A stretch of 24,214 nucleotides of DNA from an uncultured Gammaproteobacteria bacterium (lineage in GTDB: Bacteria; Patescibacteriota; Patescibacteriia; UBA2591; UBA6264): contig CAZTWG010000002.1 in assembly GCA_964617525.1 (NCBI GenBank), forward strand, positions 9,779 through 33,992, in the 5' to 3' direction. Shown piece by piece: positions 1 to 8,554 of this stretch. Numbering within the stretch: position 1 is the stretch's first letter; each line of letters opens with the position of its first letter. The notes below the pieces were generated by a model. The model was not told the origin of the DNA. It did not search any database and saw nothing but the letters and a program-made list of their open reading frames with translations. Made by a program: the position numbers and the translations under genes.

Positions 1-3
1 CAG

Positions 4-681
4 TTATAAGGCGATTTTCAAAGCTGGACCCATTGTTGAAGATAAAAATACTTTTTTAACAAAAACCCCCTTAGCTCCAGCTGGTTTGGCTTTCTTGATT
101 ACACTCAAATATCCTTCAATATTCTCTTTAATTTTTTCTATAGGCCAAGAAGTCTTCCCTACTGCTTGGTGAACATTAGCGCCAGCATCATTCTTGAAAG
201 TAACCTTACCTAAACGTAATTCTTTAATTACCGCTGGTACGTCAGTACTAATAGTTCCTGTTTTAGGGCTAGGCATTAACCCCTTAGGTCCTAAAATTTT
301 AGCAATCTTAGCTAGGTCTACCATAAAATCAGGATGCGCAACAACTATATCAAAATTACAATTCCCATCTTCCTGAATCTTTTGGATAAGTTTTTTTCCA
401 CCTACTAAATCAGCTCCTGCGTTTTCCGCATCCTTTTCTTTGTTTTCCTCCACAAAAGCAATGATTTTTCTTTTTTTAACCACGCCATTAGGCAAAGTGA
501 CTGTACCTCTTACCTGCTGTTCTGTTTTGCGAGGATTAATTCCTAACTGAACGTGCAACTCCACGGTTTCATCAAAATTAGAAGAAACATTTTCTTTAAT
601 AATTCCTATTGCTTCTTCTAAAGAATAATTTTTATTTTTGTCAATTTTTAAATTTATTTTTTGATATCTTTTGCTCCTCAT
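4..681 (-). CDS. rplA: 50S ribosomal protein L1
   Basis: 225-aa ORF with typical L1 length and sequence (VELHVQLGINPRKTEQQVRGTVTLPNG, AHPDFM, LGPKGLMPSPKTGT). It lies directly downstream of rplK in the conserved secE-nusG-rplK-rplA order. Confidence 0.95.
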   Translation of the reverse strand: MRSKRYQKINLKIDKNKNYSLEEAIGIIKENVSSNFDETVELHVQLGINPRKTEQQVRGTVTLPNGVVKKRKIIAFVEENKEKDAENAGADLVGGKKLIQKIQEDGNCNFDIVVAHPDFMVDLAKIAKILGPKGLMPSPKTGTISTDVPAVIKELRLGKVTFKNDAGANVHQAVGKTSWPIEKIKENIEGYLSVIKKAKPAGAKGVFVKKVFLSSTMGPALKIAL

Positions 682-721
682 ACAATAATCATTTTAATAT
701 ATAAATATATGCTTCAATGTT

Positions 722-1147
722 TTAACCTTCTATCTCTATACCCATTTGACGAGCAGTCCCAGATATAATCTTAACTGCTTGAGCCAAATTATCAGTATTC
801 AAGTCAGGCATTTTTATTTTGGCGATTTCTTCAAGTTTAGATTTAGAAATTTTACCCACTTTTTTCTGTAGAGAAGTCCCCGAACCTTTATCAATATTAA
901 TTGCTTTTTTTAAAAGGCCAACAGTTAGCGGCGTTTTAAGAACAAAACTGTAAGTACGGTCCTCATAAACACTAATCTCTACTGGCAAAATGTAGCCAAT
1001 TTGACTTTTGCTTCTTTCGTTGAATTGCTGGCAAAACTCTGAGATATTAAGCCCATGTTGTCCTAATGCTGGGCCTACTGGAGGCGCAGGGTTTGCTTGT
1101 CCAGCTGCAATTTGTAATTTAATAACACTTTTTATCTTTTTTGCCAT
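722..1147 (-). CDS. rplK: 50S ribosomal protein L11
   Basis: 141-aa ORF. The N-terminal KLQIAAGQANPAPPVGPALGQHGLNI is the hallmark L11 motif. Conserved synteny with nusG and rplA. Confidence 0.95.
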   Translation of the reverse strand: MAKKIKSVIKLQIAAGQANPAPPVGPALGQHGLNISEFCQQFNERSKSQIGYILPVEISVYEDRTYSFVLKTPLTVGLLKKAINIDKGSGTSLQKKVGKISKSKLEEIAKIKMPDLNTDNLAQAVKIISGTARQMGIEIEG

Positions 1148-1167
1148 AATTATTTTGTTAAATCAAA

Positions 1168-1200
1168 TAATTTCAAGGTTTTCTGCGAGCAAAACGACGG
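1168..1200. promoter_or_regulatory. Copy A of a recurring GC-enriched leader motif (plus strand CAAGGTTTTCTGCGAGCAAAACGACGG) in the nusG-rplK spacer
   Basis: Read directly from the sequence. It is closely similar to 14504-14530 (CAAGGTTCTTGCGAGCAAAGCCACGC). In inverted orientation it matches 4134-4164 (TGCTCGC...AGAACCTTGAAATTA). It lies about 25-55 nt upstream of the rplK ATG. Confidence 0.4.
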
Positions 1201-1234
1201 AAGACTCTTATAATTTTAAAAATTTATAAGTTAC

Positions 1235-1780
1235 TCACAATTTTTTAATTTGTAAAAAGTCAAGTTCAGTCGGCGTTTCTCTCCCGAAAACCGAAATTAA
1301 AATCTTAACTCTCCCGCGACCTTCATCAATAGAAGCAACCTTTCCTTCAAAACCCTTAAAGGGACCATCAACGACTTTCACCGGAGCGCCAATCTTAATA
1401 TCAATCTTATACTTAGGCTCTTCCACCCCCATCCTTTTTTGGATTGTCTTGATTTCCTTTTCATCTAGAGGAATAGGTGTTGTGCCGGAACCTATAAACC
1501 CAGTAACATTAGGGGTATTGCGAACTATATACCAAGAATCATCAGTAACTACCATATCAACGATAACATAACCTGGGAAAATTTTTTCTACAACAATTTT
1601 TCGCTTACCGTTTCTTATTTTTATCCTCTTTTCTGTAGGGACTAAAATATCAAAAACTTTGTCCGACATTTCCATTGATTCAATTCTTTGGCGTAAACTA
1701 TCAGCAACATTTTCTTCATAACCAGAGTAAACATGGATTGCATACCAACGCCTTCCTTCGTGTTGTATTTGTTTGGGCAT
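1235..1780 (-). CDS. nusG: Transcription termination/antitermination factor NusG
   Basis: 181-aa ORF with an NGN domain start (WYAIHVYSGYEENV) and a C-terminal KOW motif (GAPVKVVDGPFKGFEGKV). Sits between secE and rplK. Confidence 0.93.
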   Translation of the reverse strand: MPKQIQHEGRRWYAIHVYSGYEENVADSLRQRIESMEMSDKVFDILVPTEKRIKIRNGKRKIVVEKIFPGYVIVDMVVTDDSWYIVRNTPNVTGFIGSGTTPIPLDEKEIKTIQKRMGVEEPKYKIDIKIGAPVKVVDGPFKGFEGKVASIDEGRGRVKILISVFGRETPTELDFLQIKKL

Positions 1781-1786
1781 AGAAAA

Positions 1787-1975
1787 TTATAATATTACTA
1801 ATTGTAAAACTTTTGTTAAAATAAAATCTACTATTCCAAGAAAAAAAGACATACCCAGACTAATTCCAATCACTAAAAGTGTGTGGTCAATTGTCTGTTT
1901 CTTGGTTGGCCAATTTACTTTTTTAAGCTCTGCAATAGAATTCCTGAAATAATCAAATAGTTTATTATTTATCAT
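1787..1975 (-). CDS. secE: Preprotein translocase subunit SecE
   Basis: 62-aa ORF with a single C-terminal TM helix and the ELKKVNWPTKKQ motif typical of short SecE. Conserved position immediately upstream of nusG. Confidence 0.8.
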   Translation of the reverse strand: MINNKLFDYFRNSIAELKKVNWPTKKQTIDHTLLVIGISLGMSFFLGIVDFILTKVLQLVIL

Positions 1976-2058
1976 ATATTTTTCGTTTTTAAAAAGACCC
2001 CTAGGGCCCAGTTATAAAATAACATATCTCCCCAAAGTGTGCAACCCATACAACACAT

Positions 2059-4116
<2,058 letters not shown>

Positions 4117-4121
4117 TTACT

Positions 4122-4127
4122 ATTATA
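4122..4127 (-). promoter_or_regulatory. Candidate -10 hexamer (TATAAT on the minus strand) for gyrB
   Basis: Perfect TATAAT with its downstream end 20 nt upstream of the gyrB ATG. It lies downstream of a candidate terminator, which implies an independent gyrB promoter. No convincing -35. Confidence 0.4.
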
Positions 4128-4130
4128 AGA

Positions 4131-4164
4131 ACATGCTCGCTGTGTTCACAGAACCTTGAAATTA
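4131..4164. promoter_or_regulatory. Copy C (inverted orientation) of the recurring leader motif, TGCTCGC-[TGTGTTCAC]-AGAACCTTGAAATTA
   Basis: The reverse complement of copy A reads TTTGCTCGCAGAAAACCTTGAAATTA. This copy shares TGCTCGC and the 13-nt AACCTTGAAATTA, and carries a 9-nt insertion that forms TGTGttCACA dyad symmetry. Confidence 0.4.
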
Positions 4165-4188
4165 AATACTCGTTACGAGTATTTAATT
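4160..4188. repeat. Perfect inverted repeat, 13-bp arms and 3-nt spacer (AATTAAATACTCG tta CGAGTATTTAATT), upstream of gyrB
   Basis: The arms 4160-4172 and 4176-4188 are exact reverse complements. A related half-site, AACTCGTTATG, recurs at about 4204-4214. Confidence 0.8.
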
Positions 4189-4258
4189 ATAAGCAAAGCT
4201 TGAAACTCGTTATGTTTATTATAACAAAAATAGAACAAAAGACAAGTAGATTTAATTT

Positions 4259-4290
4259 AAAAAAAGAGTTGCTACAGCTTCTCTCTTTCC
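4259..4290 (-). terminator. Candidate rho-independent terminator downstream of the HtrA-like gene
   Basis: The minus strand reads AAAGAGAGAAGCTGTAGCAACTCTTTTTTT. It forms an interrupted stem (GAG..GC / GC..CTC, loop TGTA) followed by a run of 7 T. Confidence 0.5.
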
Positions 4291-4316
4291 AAAAATTTTT
4301 CTCTTATTTTTTTGGT

Positions 4317-5624
4317 TTAGACCCCTTTCTCTTTCTTTTCTTCTAAAATAATATTAAATTCCATCTCTTTGCCTTGTCTAAGAACCGTTAAACTAATTTG
4401 GTCTCCTGGAATTTTTTCTTGAATTAAATAAGTCAAATTTTGCTCTGGGCCTAAGATAATACCATCTGCCTTAATAATAACATCAGCGTTTTTAATGCCA
4501 GCTTTATCCGCTGGACTATCGGGCAAAGGCGGGCCATAAACAATCACCCCATAAGTTAAATCATTGAAATAAGGATTCAATAATCCCGAGGCTTCATTAA
4601 CTTTAATATAATCAATACCAAGATACAACCTTGTCATCTTGCCTTTCTCTGAAATATAGCTCAGGCAGTTTGGCAAATGCCAAACAGGAACAATTTTATC
4701 GTTAGAAACTAAACCCAATAAAGAACCCTTTGAGTTAAATAACAAACCATTAGGGAAAGATAAAATTGAGGTTTCTTTGTCTAAACGTAAATAGTCAGAG
4801 AATTTATCAGAGGAACGAACTAAATCCTCTGTTTTATAGACAGACATTGCCGTTGGGTTGCTTATCTTTGATAGATGCAGGTTCCTAAATTTATCAAAAA
4901 TCACAACAGTTGTGCTTGGAAGCGCTTCTTGCGTCTTGGCCAAAGATGTAAAGGATAAATCTTGCCCTGCAATTTTCAAAAAATTAACCTTACTAACTGG
5001 GTCTAAGATAATTTGTTCAATCGCAAAAATCTTATTATCTTGAGTCAAAGCCACATAATTCTCTCCTTCCGTTAGGTCAACCGTAGTCATTAACCAACCA
5101 TCTGGGCTTAAAACAACCCCTAACCCCAATGTTTGCCAAGGAGCATAAATTTGCTCCAAAAAATCTAGAGAAACCTGGTCTGAAGCAATTTTCGCAGGGA
5201 ATATTCTAACAATTTTATTCTGTAATTCTCTGCTTAAATTTACTAGATATTCTTCTGAGGTAACGGTTATATTTTTTTCTTCTATTACTCTTTGTTCTTG
5301 GTTTGCTGAAAATTTCCCTGCATCTACCTTAATTCCAAAAGGAAGTTCTATTTCTTGATGTTGTAGAATAAAAATTGTACTAGCGAATCCTGCGATTAGC
5401 CCAAAGATTATCGCTATTATCAACACGCTCACCAATCCCAAACCTTTATTCTGTGGTCTGTTAATAGAGCTAAACTCCTTATTGTTATAAAATTCATCAA
5501 TATGGTCACTAACCTTATGTTGATGTTTTTCTAAAGACTTGGAACGACTACTCTTTTTTATATTAACCCCATCAACATTTTCCTTTTCTTCAACATTAAT
5601 GACAATTTTTCTCTTTTCTGACAT
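4317..5624 (-). CDS. Membrane-anchored HtrA/DegP-like protein with a C-terminal PDZ domain; catalytic triad apparently substituted
   Basis: 435-aa ORF. It has an N-terminal cytoplasmic tail, one TM helix (LGLVSVLIIAIIFGLIAGFASTIFIL) and a trypsin-fold-like core alignable by eye to HtrA. The PDZ-like C-terminus reads GVIVYGPPLPDSPADKAGIKNADVIIKADG...GDQISLTVLRQGKE. Confidence 0.7.
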   Translation of the reverse strand: MSEKRKIVINVEEKENVDGVNIKKSSRSKSLEKHQHKVSDHIDEFYNNKEFSSINRPQNKGLGLVSVLIIAIIFGLIAGFASTIFILQHQEIELPFGIKVDAGKFSANQEQRVIEEKNITVTSEEYLVNLSRELQNKIVRIFPAKIASDQVSLDFLEQIYAPWQTLGLGVVLSPDGWLMTTVDLTEGENYVALTQDNKIFAIEQIILDPVSKVNFLKIAGQDLSFTSLAKTQEALPSTTVVIFDKFRNLHLSKISNPTAMSVYKTEDLVRSSDKFSDYLRLDKETSILSFPNGLLFNSKGSLLGLVSNDKIVPVWHLPNCLSYISEKGKMTRLYLGIDYIKVNEASGLLNPYFNDLTYGVIVYGPPLPDSPADKAGIKNADVIIKADGIILGPEQNLTYLIQEKIPGDQISLTVLRQGKEMEFNIILEEKKEKGV

Positions 5625-5651
5625 AAAATATTAAATTTAAAAAATTTAAGA

Positions 5652-6308
5652 TTAAAATTTTTCTCTAGATAAATTAAGATAAAAACTAATTAAAAGAAAA
5701 AATAAAGAGAGAATTAAAGCGTTAATAAAAACCCCTAAAGGCAAAAATCTTAAACAGATATAAATTTCTAATAAAATTAGGGGTAGAACTAATAACTTTA
5801 ACCAAGGAATGCGACCAGAAGAATAGATTAAAAAGGGATAAATACCTAACCAGAAAAAGAAAAGAAAAAGTAATAGGTAAGATAAACCTGGGCTAGGCAA
5901 AAATCCTAAGACTGAACAAGCCCAATAACTTAAAATAAAATTTAACCAGATATTTATTTTTTCAATCCCAAACGGTTTATACAGTCTTGGTTTGTTAAAT
6001 AGATAATAAAATTTAAAAAAAAGTAAACCGATAATAAAAGAAAACAATAAGATGAAAGCAATGGTCCAATTAGAAATATCTATAATCAACAAGAAAGATA
6101 AGGCGCAAATCGTGCAGACAAAAATATGCAGAACAAATGGCCAACGATTTTTTATTTGTCCATTTGTTAATGAAAAAGCTCCTATTAACAAACATATTCC
6201 GGTCAAAGAATAACCAATAATTATTCTTAAAGTGGTTGGATCCTTAAAAACAAAAAATAGAAGGAAGAAAACAACAATTGGCAAATAAAGATAAATCTTT
6301 GGCTTCAT
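5652..6308 (-). CDS. Polytopic integral membrane protein, function unknown
   Basis: Highly hydrophobic ORF with about 6-7 predicted TM segments. I place the start at MKPKIYLYL (ATG 6308-6306) because it forms an ATGA overlap with the stop of the upstream 117-aa ORF. The longest ORF extends to 6344. Confidence 0.6.
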   Translation of the reverse strand: MKPKIYLYLPIVVFFLLFFVFKDPTTLRIIIGYSLTGICLLIGAFSLTNGQIKNRWPFVLHIFVCTICALSFLLIIDISNWTIAFILLFSFIIGLLFFKFYYLFNKPRLYKPFGIEKINIWLNFILSYWACSVLGFLPSPGLSYLLLFLFFFWLGIYPFLIYSSGRIPWLKLLVLPLILLEIYICLRFLPLGVFINALILSLFFLLISFYLNLSREKF

Positions 6309-6658
6309 TCTATCCCCATTGTTTCCGGAAGCACTTCTACCCATTTGTTTTCTTTTGCATCTTTTCTGTAAATATTAAATTTAAAAACTTCGTCAGTGTC
6401 AGAATAAACAAAATCAACGGCTATTTTGCCTCCGATTCGTTTGCTACTTAATACTTTTTTGTTAATAATCCGAGGCTGAGAAACTTTTTCTAACCTCATT
6501 AAACCCAAAGGACCTTCAAACTCAATATTTTCTTTGTGCCCTATAATTTTTTCGCCATCATGCTTTTGAGCAAATTCAAATTCTTCTGTATATTTCTCTT
6601 TAATCCCGAATTTCTCTTCCACCTTAAAAACTAAATTTTCCCATTTTCGTAAATTCAT
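6305..6658 (-). CDS. Hypothetical soluble protein (117 aa)
   Basis: Uninterrupted ORF in an AT-rich (stop-rich) background. It sits 9 nt downstream of queH and is stop/start coupled to the next gene. No family recognised. Confidence 0.55.
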   Translation of the reverse strand: MNLRKWENLVFKVEEKFGIKEKYTEEFEFAQKHDGEKIIGHKENIEFEGPLGLMRLEKVSQPRIINKKVLSSKRIGGKIAVDFVYSDTDEVFKFNIYRKDAKENKWVEVLPETMGIE

Positions 6659-6667
6659 AATAATATT

Positions 6668-7210
6668 TTAACCTTTTTTGGAAAAAATACAACCACAATA
6701 ATTCTGTCTATAAAAATTATACATTTTGCTCAGCGTAACACTCTTTTTAAATCCATCTTTCTTTTTAAAATTAGCTTGATAAAATTGTAAATCGTATTTT
6801 TTAGCTAATAAAATACCAATAGAATTAATTACTTGAGCGTCTTTTTGTGGACCAGTGGTAAGCGTTGTCCCCCAACGCTCAAAACCATTTTTTTTAGCAA
6901 ATTCTACCGTTTTTGTCATTCGCATATTAAAACATAAAGGACATCTTTTACCTCCCTCTGGTTCTTTCTCTAATCCTTTAACTAATTTAAACCAATATTT
7001 ATCCTCATATTTTTCTATCACTAATCCTGTTTTATATATCTCAGATAATTTTTTTACATCATCTAAACGTTTTTTGTATTCGCTGATAGGATGAATGTTA
7101 GGATTATACCAAAATAGTGTTAGGTCAAAATCTGGCAATAATTTTTCTATAGCTATAGTTCCACAGCTAGCGCAACAAATATGTAAAAGTAATTTCATAT
7201 TAAAAAACAT
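6668..7210 (-). CDS. queH: Epoxyqueuosine reductase QueH (DUF208 family)
   Basis: LLLHICCASCG, WYNPNIHPISEY, GGKRCPLC and the C-terminal YRQNYCGC match the QueH Cys-rich signature. The true start may be the internal MKLLLH (ATG at 7198), which removes the overlap with the MFS gene. Confidence 0.85.
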   Translation of the reverse strand: MFFNMKLLLHICCASCGTIAIEKLLPDFDLTLFWYNPNIHPISEYKKRLDDVKKLSEIYKTGLVIEKYEDKYWFKLVKGLEKEPEGGKRCPLCFNMRMTKTVEFAKKNGFERWGTTLTTGPQKDAQVINSIGILLAKKYDLQFYQANFKKKDGFKKSVTLSKMYNFYRQNYCGCIFSKKG

Positions 7211-8357
7211 TAATCAGCAGACTTGCGATAGCTGCGATAGGAAAAGCAACTTTTATGCCCACTAAATATATAAGGATAATAAGAACAAATCCCATGATCG
7301 CTCTACCAAGATTAATAGAAATTTCGCGCAAAACAGTATATTCGTCAAGATAAGCTCCTCTGTCAGTGAATTGCTCATAGCTAAATGCGTCAAACGGAGT
7401 ACGAAGGAAAATATACCCGAAACTATGAAAGGTGCCAACGACGAAAATCTGAAAAGCAGTCACAACAAACATCTTAGCCATCCATCCAAAAGCGTAGATA
7501 AATGAACCAGCTCGTATTAATTTTCTTTTTGGAAACTTATCAGTATAACCACCTACCAACAATTGACAAACAATCGTCCCAATAACAACTAATGCAGTAA
7601 TAGCTCCAACAGCTAAATATTGTTCTTCTAAAATTTGATAAATAAAAATTGGCCAAATAACTACTCCTACAAATCCTTGAGCTCCATCAGCAATGTATGC
7701 CGTGCGTAAACGTTTGTTAGCTTTTTTAAATAGTTCCCTAAAAGATTGAAAATAAGAAAATTCAAACTTTACCTGACTTTTACTTAATTTAGTTAACGGA
7801 AAAAGAGATGCTATTAAAATTACTATAGAAATAATAAAAAGCGTGCTAAAACTACTTTGAGTTAATAAAAATCCAGCTAGAAGAGGAGACCCAATGCTAA
7901 TTAAATACCCCAAAGCAGCCAAATAAGCCATTTGCCTTCCCCTGTATTTGCCGGTTGTAAATTTGGCAAGGTCAACATGATAAGGGACCCAATAAAGAAG
8001 CCTAAACATTACTAAATTAAAATTTGCCAAAATAGCAAAAAGTATTGGATTACTATGCAAAAAATAAAGAGAAAGATAAAAAAGAATATTAAAACAACGG
8101 GCAATAATCATTAATTTTTTTAATCCAGCTCTTTGTATTAACATAGCTCCGAAAGGAACCAATAAACCATAAAGCAAATACCCAATTGTATAAAAAACAA
8201 TTACCCAATAAACTGAATTGCCAAATTCTTTTAATAAAAAAATTGGCAAAAATAAGCCAAACATACCATCAGCTAATGCCACAATACATTGATGCGAGCA
8301 AAGTGCTTTGAAATCTTTAGTTAACTTTACAGGATTAGTTAAACGAAATATAGACAT
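7200..8357 (-). CDS. MFS-type transporter (about 12 TM helices)
   Basis: 385-aa polytopic ORF built as two six-helix halves separated by a charged central loop (KLSKSQVKFEFSYFQSFRELFKKANKRLR). This is typical major facilitator architecture. Substrate unknown. Confidence 0.75.
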   Translation of the reverse strand: MSIFRLTNPVKLTKDFKALCSHQCIVALADGMFGLFLPIFLLKEFGNSVYWVIVFYTIGYLLYGLLVPFGAMLIQRAGLKKLMIIARCFNILFYLSLYFLHSNPILFAILANFNLVMFRLLYWVPYHVDLAKFTTGKYRGRQMAYLAALGYLISIGSPLLAGFLLTQSSFSTLFIISIVILIASLFPLTKLSKSQVKFEFSYFQSFRELFKKANKRLRTAYIADGAQGFVGVVIWPIFIYQILEEQYLAVGAITALVVIGTIVCQLLVGGYTDKFPKRKLIRAGSFIYAFGWMAKMFVVTAFQIFVVGTFHSFGYIFLRTPFDAFSYEQFTDRGAYLDEYTVLREISINLGRAIMGFVLIILIYLVGIKVAFPIAAIASLLINVF

Positions 8358-8372
8358 AAGATTTTTATTTAA

Positions 8373-8445
8373 TCGGGGTACTGGGATTTGAACCCAGAAT
8401 CTCTCGCTCCCGGAGCGAGCGCGCTAACCATTACGCTATACCCCG
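8373..8445 (-). tRNA. tRNA-Pro (anticodon CGG), CCA not encoded
   Basis: Hand-folded cloverleaf: acceptor CGGGGTA/TACCCCG, D arm GCGT-AATGGTTA-GCGC, anticodon arm CTCGC-TCCGGGA-GCGAG, T arm CTGGG-TTCAAAT-CCCAG, discriminator A. G37 fits Pro. Position 33 reads C rather than the near-universal U. Confidence 0.8.
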
Positions 8446-8463
8446 ACAAATAAAAATAAAAAA

Positions 8464-8535
8464 TGGGCTCGAATGGGTTTGAACCATCGACCTTCCGCAT
8501 GTGAAGCGGACGCGCTACCACTGCGCCACGAGCCC
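8464..8535 (-). tRNA. tRNA-Val (anticodon CAC), CCA not encoded
   Basis: Hand-folded cloverleaf: acceptor GGGCTCG/CGAGCCC, D arm GCGC-AGTGGTA-GCGC, anticodon arm TCCGC-TTCACAT-GCGGA, T arm GATGG-TTCAAAC-CCATT, discriminator A. Confidence 0.88.
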
Positions 8536-8554
8536 TTTTTTTATTATATAAAAT

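Noticed and set aside
1191-1206. CGACGGAAGACTC resembles the 23S rRNA segment GACGGAAAGACCC, hinting at ribosomal-protein mimicry in the rplK leader.
   Set aside because: The match is on the strand antisense to rplK. It corresponds to the peptidyl-transferase-region sequence and not to the L1 stalk. It is also short, so coincidence is more likely.
1976-2058. Terminator between gyrB and secE (GGGCCCTAGGGGTCTTTTT on the minus strand).
   Set aside because: The CCCTAGGG palindrome cannot form a hairpin with a viable loop, and the alternative pairings are 3-4 bp. The T-run alone is insufficient, so gyrB and secE may well be co-transcribed.
8293-8303. A third occurrence of TGCGAGCAAAG (the core of the leader motif) near the 5' end of the MFS gene.
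   Set aside because: It lies inside coding sequence (codons for ALCSHQ) and lacks the flanking CAAGGTT part. I treat it as a probable chance match and not as a fourth copy. A genome-wide count would settle it.
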